Shown: positions 48,961 through 62,466 of the stretch, piece by piece
How positions within the stretch are numbered: position 1 is the stretch's first letter
How the letters are laid out: every line of letters begins with the position of its first letter
Source: Octopus sinensis
Taxonomy: Eukaryota
Length of the DNA stretch: 64,000 nt
Assembly: GCF_006345805.1 (NCBI RefSeq)
Contig: NC_042997.1
Coordinates: forward strand, 204,724,001 to 204,788,000
Direction of reading: 5' to 3'
Made by a program: the position numbers and the translations under genes
Notes under the pieces: model-generated
What the model was told of the DNA's origin: nothing
What the model saw: the letters and a program-made list of their open reading frames with translations, nothing else
Database searches by the model: none

Positions 48961-51900
48961 TACATCATCCTCTATGCACAGCACACATGGAGACTGTTAT
49001 AGTAGCAGTAGAATAGAGAGATTGAGGAGATAGTGACTCTGTGTTTGTTTGTGTGTGTGTATGTGTGTGCATGCGTGCGTGCTTGTGTGTGTGCATGCGA
49101 GTCTGTGTGAGTGTGCATGTGTGTGTGTGTGCATTTGTGGCAGCATCATCACCTCAGATGTGGGAGTAATATTTCATTAGAGAAAAACTGGCTATTTTTT
49201 GATAATGTTATTTGAGTAATTTTTTAGCTTTTATCTTGCTTACTTCAATCAGCAGACTGTGGCCATGTTGGGGCACTGCCTTGAGGAACTTTTTTGGTCG
49301 ACTGAATTGACTCCAGTATTTATTTTTGTTTTAAAGCCTGGCATTTATTCAATTGGTCTCTATTGCCAAACTGATAAATTACAGAGATGTCGAATGGACG
49401 TGGATGATGAACACTGATGCACATGCACACATGCACACACACATGCACACACACAGCACACACACATACACACACACACACATGCACACACACATGCACA
49501 CACACATGCACACACACAGCACACACACATACACACGCACATGCATGCACATACACACACACAAACACATACACATACACGACAGATTTCTTTCACTTTT
49601 CATTTACCAAATCCACTCATAAGGCTTTGTTCAGCCAAGGTGCCATGCAGTCGGACTGAACCCAGAACCACGTGGTTGGGAAGCAAACTTCTTACCACAC
49701 TGCTATGCCTGCAATATCTTTGAGGATTTTAATTGAATGTTGGTCAAGAATTTGTAATGTCTTTGCATACTGGCAAAGGTTGTGAAAGAGGAAGGAGAAG
49801 ATTGTTCTTTGATATGAGCAGAGATTTTGTTTCATTTGTGCAAAAAGATTGTCATAACTCCATCAGAGAATGTATTTGTTGTCCCTGTTCATAAAAGCAG
49901 TTTAGCCTGCTCTGAGGTGTCCTTGTTGTGGAGGAGTAAAGGGTGGTTTTATCTTGGGCTTCATGGAGGCAAAGTGCCTGAGTTTCTTTTGAGCATTGGG
50001 CCTCACAGAAGCAATGACCAGGATCTTTGACCATTATGTTGTGCTTGAGAAGAAGACCCATTAAACCAAGCAAAATCACAGTTGTGGAAGATACCAGTGT
50101 CATGCAAGTTGGCACCTGTGCTGGTGGCACGTAAAAGTACCCATTGCACTCTTGGAGTGGTTGGCATTAAGAAGGGCATTCAGCCATAGACAACCATGCC
50201 AAATCAGACTGGAGACTGATGCAGCCTTCCAGTGTGCCAGCCCAGTCAAACCATCCAACCCATGCCAGCATGGACAACAGACGTTAAATGATGATGATGA
50301 TGATGTTGATTAAAGAATATAATGGAATAACTGTTCTAACTCTCTAGGTACTGTGTTCAAAACCTGCCAAACCCAGCATTTCATGTTACCTTTTTGGGGT
50401 GAGTTAATAAAATTGTTAGAGCATCAAACTGGATAACAAGTACTATTTATTCTAGATATCTGTGTTCAAATGGCTCTACTATCTGTGATGGTACCAGTAC
50501 CAAGCTGTAACAGCCTGGCCTTTTCCTTAGATGGTATTAGTTCCTGGAGTGGTAATGGTCATTGCTAGTCTTATACAAAAAAACCTTGTCCATGTTTGTG
50601 CCTTGTAAAAGAACTTTTTCTAGCTGTGGATACTCTAAGTATCTATAAGAAATGTGGAAGGTCATTGAAGAGGAGAGAGCCAGCAGATTGTTAATGTGCA
50701 GGAGAAAAGCGTAACCAATATTATTAAACGCTGGGGCACACAAAGGTTTATGTAAGGAGTGGTGGCTAAGACAATTCTACAGAATTTGTAGGGGTTCTTG
50801 GCAAGGGATTAGAAGAACTGGTGGCACCTCCATGTGCAAGGGAGTAGTGGTATGCACACATGCCATCTATATTACTCTAGAGTAAACTAAAGTTCATCAT
50901 AGTGCAATTAGTTAAAAAAAGTTAAAGTTTGCTTCAGGCCTACAGGGTCATTAGGTAGGAACTTGTCCTGCTTTGCAAGGCCTATAAGGGACTGGGTTTA
51001 CAAAACACCTTACTGAATAGGGGTGAAGGTAATCCTATGACGGACTGATATTCAATCCACCACAGGATTAAGCCCTCCCCACCACCATTACTTTCTTTTA
51101 ACAGAGCATCAATTTATCACAGGGTTAACCCACAGAATAGGACGTTAGGCCACCACTGGCTTAACTCACTTAATAGGATGTCAGCTCAACACAGGATTTT
51201 CCTACTTAATAGAACATCTGTTCAGCATAGGGTTAGCTTCATGCTATAGAACATCAGTCTCACCACAGCTGCTGTTTTTACTCTTTTATATCTGAGTAAA
51301 TTAAAGGAACATAAAATAAAGTGTTTTGCTCAAATATGTAATGCATAATTTTATCTGAGAACTGAAACCACAGCCTTACAATTGTAAGTCCAACATAACA
51401 AACCTCTAGACCACTATATTACACTACAGTACAGTATAATACATTACAATACTATATATTATATTGTAACACACTACCAGAGCTGACTCTAAGTGCAAGG
51501 TGAATTAGGTGATTGGTTGAAGCATGAAAATTGAGTAGGCCACAAATAATTTACAAAAAATATCTTAATCCAATTAGAAACACAATAGATTAGGTCATTA
51601 CTGGAACAAAACCAAATGGATGACATGGGAAGGAGGGGGACAAGAGAATCACGTGATGTGGTGGCAGGTCACATGATTTGGCTTGAAGCATTTCAAATTT
51701 TACCCAGTAACAAATTATTCTGTGATACAATAAAACTATAACACTTTTATGCACACGTTGAGTATTATAATTTTCAAACTGCATTCTCCAATCAGTGTAA
51801 TAATGATGGCGATGGCTGGAGAATGTTATCTTTTATCTTTTACTTGTTTCAGTCATTAGATTTCAGCCATGCTGGGGCACCACTTTGAAGAATGAAGAAT

Positions 51901-52194
51901 TTTTAGCTGAATGGATCAACCCCAGTACTGTTTTTTTTCCCTTTCCTTTTATGCCTGGTACTTATTCTGTCAGTCTCTTTCAATAAACCACTAAGTTATG
52001 TGGACATAAACAAACCAACACTGGTTGTCAAGTGGTGGTGGACAAACACAGGCATAAAGACACAAGCAGACACACACACACATACACACACATCCCAGCA
52101 TCTGCCAAGCTGTCCAACCATTGCCAGCATGGAAAATGGATGTTAAATGATGATGATGATGATGATAATATACATACATACATACATACATACA

Positions 52195-52281
<87 letters not shown>

Positions 52282-53490
52282 TCACACAACAGACTTCTTT
52301 CAGTTTCTATCACTAAATCCACTCACAAGGCCTTGATTGGCCAAAGACTATATAGTAGAAGACACTTGCTCAAGGTCACATGCAATGGGGCAGAACCCTG
52401 GAACCATATGGTTTAGAAGCAAACTTCTTACTACACAACTACACCTGTGTCTGCAGAAAAATTTTTGTAGAAAACAGTTGGGGACAGTGGTTCTCATTGT
52501 AGGACTGGGAGAAGAGAACACACCTGACATGGTTGATTAAGGGTGTTGAATACCCAATACTCTGGTACCAAACCTAGACACTACAGTAGAATGTGTTAAA
52601 TAGTAGTTTCAATTTTATAAGCAATTTAGAGGTTAGCTGAGTGACAGAGTTGGTTGAGCACTGGAAAAATATCTTGTGGTATTTGGATATCCCTTGGTGC
52701 TCTGAATTCAAACATCACCAAAAATGACTTTGCTTTTACCTCACTTCAGGGTGAATAAAATAAAATACTAGTCAAGTAATGAGGTTGATTCAACTGACTC
52801 AATTCCTTACTCAGAATTTATGTGCTGGCAGTAAATTGAGAAATTGCTACCCTAAGATCATCCATAAACTCTAACTAATATTAGGAGGGTCACTGTGAAC
52901 TGACCTAGAGTCTATAAAAAGAGAGACAGTCCAGCACCAGGAGAGCTGAGAAGAGGGATTCTGCTGGCCCCTAAAACATCAATCCCAATTTCCTTGAATT
53001 CTGAAATGAAGCACTCACCCCACCTGGAGCCCTGAAAACAGTCTTGTTCCACTTTAGCAAATTTCTCACAGAGACCCTGTGTTAGGGTACCCACCCTTTT
53101 CCATCAACAAAATGTCCAATGAAGGTTCTTCTACATGGTTGCTTGACCCTGCTAGATATGAATAATGTACACCTAGAGGCAGTATAGCTCAAAAAACAGA
53201 TAAGATTGTCACAGCTGGAGTATCTTTGACCAATTAGAACTAATGTGGGCTAAATGACAGTAATAATATAAATTAAGTACCAGTTTCATACTGGTGTTGA
53301 TCTAATCGACTGGCCCCCTCCCCCCAAAAATTTTGGGCTTTGTGATTAGAGTAAAAAAAAATGAAAAGTACCTGTTTTTTGGACACAAAATGCCTTAAAT
53401 ACCGTAAAATGTAATGGACTAACTTTTAATATTTTGTCTGTTTTAAAGAAAAATTAATGAAGGAAAAAAAGAAGAGAAGCAAGCACTTAC

Positions 53491-53594
53491 CTTATTCTTT
53501 TTAAGAGACAAAACTGATGCAGCTTCTTGGTAATTCTTGTATTCCAATTGCAGTATTTGATAAGTCACAGGACTCTGAGTATCTTTTGTAACAG
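53491..53594 (-). CDS. Coding exon (phase 1 to 0): VTKDTQSPVTYQILQLEYKNYQEAASVLSLKKNK
   Basis: Acceptor aaatgtacccag|CT and strong donor AAG|gtaagt. Open only in phase 1. Confidence 0.6.
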
Positions 53595-53809
53595 CTGGGT
53601 ACATTTAAATGATATGTGATCATAAAATAGAACAATATCTCTGAATGATATTTAAATCAAAAGATAGATTAAGCAACTTTGTTTCAAGGAGATTTGCTTC
53701 ATGAAAGGCTTGATTCAGCAAATCACAACAGAAAACAAATCCCTCTCTATGTTGTATCTATGCAAATCCTAAAAGATTAAAGAAATCTGGTATATTAAGA
53801 CTCTCTTAC

Positions 53810-53930
53810 CATACTTCTTCCATATTCTTCTGCAGATGCCTTTCCTCAAGATCTTTCTTAAACTTCATATAACACAGTTCTTCATTCTCATTTTCCAATT
53901 TCAAAGAAGACTCAGCTGAGAAATTTTGTG
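53810..53930 (-). CDS. Coding exon (phase 1 to 2): QNFSAESSLKLENENEELCYMKFKKDLEERHLQKNMEEV
   Basis: Acceptor tttatttctcttag|CA and donor TG|gtaaga, with an alternative phase-0 donor GAA|gtatgg 5 nt upstream. Coiled-coil-like. Confidence 0.7.
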
Positions 53931-54112
53931 CTAAGAGAAATAAATTTTTTCCAGGATATTTTCATATGAAAAATTATGTGTAATTGAAAACAGAAAAATT
54001 TATGAAATTGTTTATTTGAATTTAAATATACAATATAATATAATTTATTATCTATATATGATATATATGTATAAGGTTATATATATATATATATATAAGG
54101 TTATATATACAT

Positions 54113-54149
<37 letters not shown>

Positions 54150-55616
54150 AGGTGGTGAGCTGGCAGAATCATTACCATTCTGGGGAAAATGCTTAGTGGC
54201 ATCTCTCTTGACTTTACATTCTGAGTTCAAATGCCATCAAGAGTGACTTTACTTTATTCCTTTTGAGGTTGATAGAATAAGTACCAGTCAAACACTGGGG
54301 TTGGTATAATCAACTTACTCCTCCCCTGAAGCCACTGGCCTTATACCAAGATTTGAAACCAAAGTAATGAGCTGGCAAAATGGTTAGCATGCTGGGCAAA
54401 ATGCTTAGTGGTATTTCATCGACTTTAAATGCCTCCAAGGTTAAGTTTGCCTTTCATCCTTTCACCACACTACCAATGTCTAAAGGAAGGTCTGCTTACT
54501 TGGGCCAATAGACTGCATGGCTCCAGTGTCATCACAGACACTGTCATATCAGAATGCCAAGAGCCTCACGAGATACCACAAGATATGCCTGGTCTTCTAA
54601 TAGTTCTGTCCCTCTAACATTCTGGGTTTCTATTCTATCGACCCACAAAGGATGCAAGGCAAAGTTAACCATAAGCAGGATTGAACTTAAACACAGAGAA
54701 TTGGAACAAATATATCATCGCTCTACCCATCACCCTAAAGATTCTGCTATTTCATTGCCTTTGAAAGTAATGGAAAAGATTTATGGAGGGTATTACTTAC
54801 TGCTAGAAATAGCAGTCAAATAACCATCAAACCACACCCTGACATAGTTTAATGATGTCCATACTAACGAATAATACTCATGACATAGAAATTTGTTTAA
54901 GATGGCCATGTGTTATTTGACAGGGGATCTGAATGCTATTTCTAACAAATGGTAGTACGTTTTTGTAAATCTTCTATCCTAACTTTCAAAAGTAATAAAT
55001 TAGTTGAATCAATAAGGTACTGGGGAGGGGGGTGGCCTTTGTTCCAGGTCTCTGTTGTCTGAGATGGAATTCTGTCATAGTCAACACTGTCTTTCATTCT
55101 TTTAAAGTCAACGAAGTGCCAGTGTCACATAAAAAGCACCCAGTACACTTTGAAAGTGGTTGGCATCAGGAAGGGCATACAGCCATAGAAACCATGCCAA
55201 AACAGACAATTGCAGCCCAGTGCAGCTCTCTGGCTTGTCTACTCCTGTCAAATCATCTGACACTTGCCAGCATGGAAAATTGACATTAAATGATGATGAT
55301 GATGAGGTGCAATTTCAGGATGGTGGATTGAGGGAGCTGTTAGCGGATTGGATAAGATGGCTTGCAGCATTTGTTCCGGTTTTCTGTGTTGTGGCAGCAA
55401 CTCTGATGACATGATTGGTGCCATAAGAGATGCATTGAGGCTTTCCCTTGTATAAACACTGGAGGTGTGTAAAGGGGAGACTTGCATGTATACTTCCCAT
55501 ACACATGGTTCTGGGTTCAATCCTACCATCAGACACTTTCTCCTATAGCCTTGAGCTGACCAAAGCCTTGTGAGTAGATTTGGAACTACACGGAAACTAA
55601 AACATATATCTATATA

Positions 55617-55650
<34 letters not shown>

Positions 55651-56629
55651 TGTGTGCATGTGCATACACACTTGTGTATGTGCATGTCTTTGAGTCTGTG
55701 TTTGTTCTCCACCAACCCTTGATGACTGGTGCTGGTGTTTTTTTCCACCCCCATAACTTACCAGTTTGGCAAAAGTGACCAGTAGGATAAGCAGCTGCCT
55801 AAAAAAGGATAAGTCCTGGTGTCAATTCATTCGACTAAAAAATTCTTCAAAGTGGTGCCCCAGCATGGCCACAATTTAATGACTGAGGCAGATACAAGAT
55901 AAAAGACAAACAGACACATGGACAACACTGATCAACAGAAGCCTTCTGAACTTTCCTGCATTCAAGCCAGACCTCTAGTTTGAGTTTTAACTTCCTTTAT
56001 TCCTCCTACACATCATGAAATCTCTGAAAAAGCCCTGGGGTGCTACCTTTCCCCCCAACAGACTGAGCAATTAAATTAATAAAAGCAATGAAGCTAATAC
56101 AGCGTTGTGAAAAGCATTGGAGAATCAACAGATCAACATATTATAAAACCTTGCATTAATCCACACTATATCCTTTGTAGTATTTTAGGTGGAAATTAGA
56201 TATCTGGAGTATTAAAGGATTAAATGGCTAAATCATGAGAATAGATTTAGAGGAAATTAATCTATAAACAAACAAACAAAATCTCAATTTTCATTTTTAC
56301 TTTGATGTTAATTTGTATTGAATGTTAATTCGTCAAACTGTTTCCTTGTGACATTTAGCCTCTCCACCACTTTAACTGTTTCTGTCATATAATAAAATAA
56401 TCATCTCATCTGACCACACTGGATTGGTCAGCAGGATAATAACAACTGATAGACCAAGTATCATGCCAATGGCAAAGATGATGATGATGATTATGACAGT
56501 AGTGGGTAGTAGCAGTGGTGGTGGTGGCGTTGGTGGTGGTGGTGGTGGTGGTGGTGGTAGTGATGTTGGTAGTTGTTTGAGTGTGGCTGCTGCTTTGATT
56601 GCTGTTGCAGATGAATATTATTCTCAGGT

Positions 56630-57180
56630 TGGGTCTCTGCACTGGTTTGGTCATGTGATGCAGATGGATGAGGACAGTTGCTTAAAGAAAAAAACCTATC
56701 ACTTAAAATGAATGGAAGCTGTGGAAGAGAGCAACCCAGGAAGACATGAGACAAAAGTATTGATAGCCAGCCTCAAAACACTGAACTTTACAAAGGTGAA
56801 GAAGAACCGAGATATATGGCACATTGCTGTACACAAGAAGATCTACCCACTAAAACAGAATTTGTCCATGAGAGCAGATAGGTAGAGCTGGTGCCATGGG
56901 GAAGTGCATGGTGACATAAAAAGCACTAGTGCTGGTGCCACATAAAAAGCACTGGTGCTGGTGCCACATAAAATGCACTTCTGCTGGTGCCAGATAAAAA
57001 GCACCCAGTACACTCTATAAAGTGGTTGGTGTTAGGAAGGGCATCCAGTTGTAGAAACCATGTCAAAACAGACAAATGGAGCCTGGTGTTGCTCCTAGCC
57101 TTGCCAACTCCTTCCAAACTGTCCCACCCATGCTAGCATGGAGAATGGACATTAAAAGATGATAAGGATGAGGATGATCC
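56630..57180 (+). mobile_element. Decayed RTE-LINE 3' end with a 26-bp triplicated UTR unit
   Basis: Reads LHWFGHVMQMDEDSCLKK. The unit gcactggtgctggtgccacataaaaa is repeated three times near 56925-57005. Confidence 0.7.
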
Positions 57181-57539
57181 ACACTTCTACTATCACCACC
57201 ATCAATGCTGCTGTCAAAAGAGCCACTACATGGTTGCTCAGTCTTTTAAAAATAGCAGCCAAACTTGATGAAGTCACATTTTATCAGCTTGAATAGGGAA
57301 GGACATAATGAACAATGCTAGAGAGAAGAACAAGGTTGTCATGGTCGGAACTGGAATATCTTTCATTATAAGTCTGCTCAATTGGGATTGACCAGGAGCT
57401 AAATAACAACAGCAAAGGGACACTGAAAGGGTTTCTACAAGGATGCTCAACTTGCTAGAAATAGCAACTGATTTATCTTCTACTCACACTCCACTGTCAT
57501 GAAAAGTAAAGAACATATTCTTTTTTTTTTCTACTCTAA

Positions 57540-57922
57540 GCACAAAGCCTGAAATTTTGGGGGAGGGGGCCAGTCGATTAGATTGACCCCAGTATGCAAC
57601 TGGTACTTAATTTATCGACCCCAAAAGGATGAAAGGCAAAGTTGACCTTGGTGGAATTTGAACTCAGAATGTAAAGACAGACAAAATATCTATTTCTTTA
57701 CTACCCACAAGGGGCTAAACACAGAGAAGGCAAACAAGGACAGACAAACGGATTAAGTTGATTATATCAACCCAAGTGTGTAACTGGTACTTATTTAATC
57801 GACCCCAAAAGGATGAAAGGCAAAGTTGACCATGGCGGAATTTGAACTCAGAATGTAAAGATAGACAAAATACCGCAAAGCATTTCACCCAGCATGCTAA
57901 CGTTTCTGCCAGCTTGCTGCCT
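57540..57922 (-). mobile_element. Tandem pair of SINE family 1 copies with different tails
   Basis: The body aatcgaccccaaaaggatgaaaggcaaag...gaatttgaactcag is present twice, and only the right copy has the full head. Confidence 0.75.
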
Positions 57923-58063
57923 TAAGTAAAGAACATATTGAACAAAAGAGTCTTAGATACATATAAAGACAGGCTGATCAAAACTGGTCTGTCTAAACAA
58001 CTACGAAACAGCAACAACAACAACAGCAAAAGTTATAATGACACAACTGATAGAAATACTTAC

Positions 58064-58234
58064 CAAGTTCTTCATTCCCAACATCAATTTTATTGGTAAC
58101 TTTTTCTGCTTTCTTTGTTGAGTCTAAATCTTTGTCTTCAAAATTGGGAGATACAAGCAGCTCGAGAAACCGACTTTCAAAGTCTTCAGTTCTTATCGAT
58201 TCTGTATCACTACATTCTTCAATTCTACCGATTT
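58064..58234 (-). CDS. Coding exon (phase 1 to 1): IGRIEECSDTESIRTEDFESRFLELLVSPNFEDKDLDSTKKAEKVTNKIDVGNEEL
   Basis: Acceptor tttattactttatccatag|AA and donor G|gtaagt. 171 nt open. Confidence 0.8.
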
Positions 58235-58859
58235 CTATGGATAAAGTAATAAATATAACTATTTTTATTTATGTTATAAAAGTTTAGAAACTTTGAGAGA
58301 CGTGAAATAATTTGGTTTTTTTACTATAGAAATAGATAAATGTATAAATAATAGCAGGTTGGATATTGACCAGACATGATTTTCATGGAGAACTAGAGAT
58401 GAACAACATTTCGGCTATGACGGCTTGCTTGCAACCATCACACGACGTCATGACAAGAGTATATACACACAGATGTATACATGTATACATACATATGAGA
58501 GGATGCTGAAAAGTTCTGGCTTTGAGTCAAAGAAAATACAGGAGGATAATTTAATTATGATTTTATTCAATATATTTCCTCCTCAGAATCACACACTTAT
58601 TGCAGCCATCCTTCAGTTTTTCTAAGCCCTGTTAAAGAACTCAGAAGGTTGGACCTCCAACCAGGCTTTTCACAATACCCTTAAAGTCAGAAACTTTGCA
58701 GCACCCCCTCTTATATATATATATATATAGTGATTGTTACCAGCGTCGCCTTACTGGCACTTGTGCCGATGGCACATGAAAAAACATTCGAGCGAAGTTG
58801 TTGCCAGTATGTATATGTACAGAGTTATATGTCTTGTTTTGTGTATGTATTCTCATGCA

Positions 58860-59355
58860 TATAGTTACATATCTAGACATGCTCATATATATTTAAATGA
58901 TAAACTTCTGGAAAGTTTTACAGATTTTCACAGTTCCAGTGATGGAATGGATCTGCAGTCTTCGAATCAGCTTTCTCCTTTCTGGTTTTGAGAAGCCTAA
59001 TTTCTCAAGGTTGGTATTTAGGCAGTGTGTTACATATCCCAGTGCCTCAATAATTACAGGTATAAACCTAAACTTGTAATTTGGATAAATTAGCTGTAGA
59101 TTCTTCAATAGTTAAGGGTAGGTATTTTCTTTTTTGCTGATCTTTAGCTTTATGTTAACATCCGCTGGGCAGCTGATTTCCACAAATGTGCACAGTTTCT
59201 CTTCTCCATCCCAAATCACTATGTCAGGTCTATTATGTTTACATTTTATTGAGGTCTTCACTGGAACATTCCATCAGTACTCCATTATATTATGAGTGGC
59301 TATGGCTCCTACCATACTATGGGTTCTTATTTGGTCTTGGGATTATCCTTCCAAC
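58860..59355 (-). mobile_element. R4/NeSL-like LINE 3' end (restriction-like endonuclease)
   Basis: Reads KCKHNRPDIVIWDGEEKLC.VEISCPADVN and continues into ORF 58893-59108 (KFRFIPVIIEALG...KICKTFQKFII*). CATA-like repeats lie on both sides. Confidence 0.85.
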
Positions 59356-59369
59356 AGATGTATGTATGT

Positions 59370-59920
59370 CAGGTCACTTTCGAGTGCTACTGGTAACATG
59401 TAACCCAGTACAACCTGTTGCATGGTCGGGTCGTCGGCGACTAAACTGGCAACCCCACCAAGCTTGATTGGTGAGGAGGGTGTTTATCGGACACCCTGCG
59501 GGATGAAACACAAAACCCGTCAAAGGGCGGAGGAACTCTTGAGAGTTAACAGCCATCCAATAAATGTCTTAAGGCTGTATCATGTGCAGGGACATAGAAA
59601 TAATCAGATTGAATACCCGATCGTGCAGTTAAACCATTGGGAGTGAAGGATTCCTAGCCTTTGTTAGGGCATCCTTCTAGGAGAAGGTAACTCAGTTAAC
59701 TGGGATAACTCCGACATAAAATCTGCGGCTCAGTGGTTACCGATGATGTTGACTTGTTCTTCTTTTCGGATTATGGCTGCTGTTGCTTAGTGAGTGGGAT
59801 TGACTCAGTGCACAGCCTTTCTTCAATTTAAAAAAAACTTCTTGCACAGGCATTGCACGATAACAACATTGATTAAGCTTTGTGCAATGGCCATACTCGA
59901 TAACGAGGGGGCAGCCACCA
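59370..59920 (+). mobile_element. Structured non-coding element of about 550 bp flanked by (TATG)n, LINE-5'UTR-like
   Basis: More GC-rich than its flanks, with several hairpins (agggtgt/acaccct, gtcg/cgac, gaaggat/atccttc) and no credible ORF. Confidence 0.5.
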
Positions 59921-60959
59921 TGTATGTATGTATGTATGTATGTATGTGTGTGTGTGTGCATGTATGCATGCATATGTGTGTGTGCATGTGTGCGTGCATG
60001 TGTGTGTGTGTGTGTAAGTATATGATGGTCTACTTTCAGTTCCCATAAAAAAAAATCCACTCAGAAGGCTTTGGTTGGCCTGGGGCTATAACGGAAGACA
60101 TTTGCCCCAAGTGTTGCTCAGTGGGACTGAACCTAAGACGACATTGTTGGGTAACAAGCTTCTTAACCACACAGCCACACCTGTGCCTCTTTGGGTTTGG
60201 AATCATGATCACTGGATAAAGGACAGACTCTGCTGTTTTATGTATCTGTTTTCATTGAATGTATTGGAAATTAAAGGAATCAAGAACTTGGAACTAGTGT
60301 AGAGTTATGAAAGATTCTTGGAAGTCACATTTTATGAGGTCAAAACAAAAATGAATGATTAAATTAAAAGGTTTAGAAGCTAATTTTTTTTTATTTACTA
60401 ATTTCATAACTTGAGGGTGTGGCCTGACACAGCTTCACCACCATCCTCTTTCTCTTCCAACAGGGGTTACTGTATATCTCCCCTACTGCAAGTCACCTGT
60501 CCCTGTCCACTTATATTTTAACATCTTGTTACCAGGCTTAAAGCCACCTCCTTCGGTACTACTCCCTATCCTCAGTCGAGTGGGGGCTATGTAAAAAGCA
60601 CTCCATACATTTTGTAAAAGGGTTGGTAAGAAGAAGGTGCATTCAGCCTTAGAGACCCTAAAGTAGACATAAGAGCTCATTGGATCTTGCTGTGCCATCC
60701 AACTCATACCAGCATAGAAGATGGACAACAAATGATGACGATGATGATGATGACTAGGAAAAAAGGTCCCATTGGTTTCTTACGTACTTATAGACACAGG
60801 CAGGAGAAATAGGTGAGCCTGTATTGGGATTACTAGCTTCAGATCCCTTAAAAATATTTCAGTTCACAGTATTTATCTTCCTAAATATGTGAGCCTTTTC
60901 ATGGTGGATTGCTAGAAATAATAGTTAAATCCCACCAGATAACATGTAATTATTATCAT

Positions 60960-61450
60960 CATCATCATCATTTAACGTCCGTTTTCCATGCTGGCATGGG
61001 TTGGGTGGTTTGACTGGGGACTGGCAAGCCAGGAGGCGGCACCAGGCTCCAATCCGATCTGGCAATGTTTCTACAGCTGGATGCTCTTCTTAAGGCCAAC
61101 CCCTCTGAGAGTATAGTAGGTACTTTTTACGTACCACCAGTACAGGAGCCAGTCGGGGCAAGGGGGCTGGCATCAACCATGTTTGGATGGTGCTTTTTAC
61201 ATACCACTGGCATGGGAGCCAGTTAAGCAGTGCTAGCATTGGCCATATTTGGATCGTGCTTTCTACATGCCACTGGTACAGGAGCCTGTTGGGGCAAGGG
61301 GGCTGGCATTGACCATGTTTGGATGGTGCTTTTTATGTTCCACTGACACGAGGAGCTAGTCAGTTGGCACTGGCAATGACCCACGCATGAATGGTGTTTA
61401 CTGCATGCCACCAGCATGGGAGCTAGTCAGGAGGCACTGGTATCAACCAC
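60960..61450 (-). mobile_element. RTE 3' UTR copy with about 5 diverged minisatellite units
   Basis: Homologous to 12300-12800, and the A/B alternation is still visible. Confidence 0.7.
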
Positions 61451-61866
61451 AACTACTATCTTGAGCGAAAAATAAAGGACACGTTAACTAATGTATTTGC
61501 TGATATACAAAATAACAAGACAGTCTTTAGTGATATTAGCCCAGTGGTTAGAGGGTTGCACTCATGACTGCAAGATCACAGTTTAAATTCCTGGCACTGT
61601 GTTGTGTTCTTGAGCAAAATACTTAATTTCATTGCTCTGATTTACTCAACTATAACTGAGTAACACTGTGTCAGACTGGCACCCTGTTTCAAGGGATTGT
61701 TGTGAACTTGGTCACTTGTAATGGAAACTGTGTAACTGGCCTTATGAATCTTGGGGCTTGAGACAGCAATGTCCAGGGGTTACCTCTTTCAACTTTATTT
61801 GACTGATATACTTTTGATCCGAGATTTGTTTGATCAGGTTTCAATTGGGTTTAAGCAGCAACACCA

Positions 61867-62270
61867 GTGGAGGTGCAATGGCCCAGTAGTTAGGGCAGTG
61901 GACTCGCGGTCAGTTTCGATTCCCAGACTGGGCGTTGTGTGTGTTTATTGACTGAAAACACCTAAAGCTCCACGAGGCTCCGGCAGGGGGTGGTGGTGAC
62001 TCCTGTTGTACTCTTTCACTCCAACTTTCTCTCACTCTTTCTTCCTGTTCCTTGTCCCCAACTTCCTACGCAACCATTGAGCCTGGATGCGCATTCATCT
62101 ATCCGTCGATGCTCTTGGTGTCAGGGGTTGACCTGTTTTCTCTTCTGCAGGTCTTACAAATTGCAAAGGACCACGTTTCGGACTTCTACAGACAATCCTG
62201 AGGCACGATCTTGCGAGCTCTGGGATGAAGACCGCTTCGCTCAACAAACAAACAAACAAACAAGCAGCAA
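61867..62270 (+). mobile_element. tRNA-derived SINE, family 3, with (ACAA)n tail
   Basis: A box atggcccagtagttagg, B box gtttcgattccc and tail caaacaaacaaacaa. Confidence 0.7.
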
Positions 62271-62334
62271 CAACAACAATAGCAACTACTTTTCAGTGAT
62301 CTTCAAGATATGGTATAAAGTTAAAACAATTTAC

Positions 62335-62466
62335 CATTTACTGGTGCCAAATCATCTGTGTGAAGTCTGTATTTACTAACTGGCTTGTGTATAAATTTCA
62401 TTTTCTCGTAGACTCTACTGTCCAGTCCATACAAGGGAGTCCTCTTTAAATGTTCAAGATAATAAG
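62335..62466 (-). CDS. Coding exon (phase 1 to 1): YYLEHLKRTPLYGLDSRVYEKMKFIHKPVSKYRLHTDDLAPVN
   Basis: Acceptor tttatttcttgcttctag|CT and donor G|gtaaat. 132 nt open and phase-compatible with 58064-58234. Confidence 0.75.

Noticed and set aside
49320-49723. His/Thr or Cys/Val-rich ORFs here and at similar (CA)n, (TA)n and (CAT)n tracts
   Set aside because: These are microsatellite translations.
59645-59705. Calling an HDV-like ribozyme as a feature
   Set aside because: The helix order fits, but L3, P1.1 and the catalytic C do not. It is kept only as a finding.
1806-62466. Naming the host gene (centrosomal coiled-coil candidates were considered)
   Set aside because: No sequence I can recall matches convincingly. 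A BLASTP/HMM search of the concatenated exons is needed.
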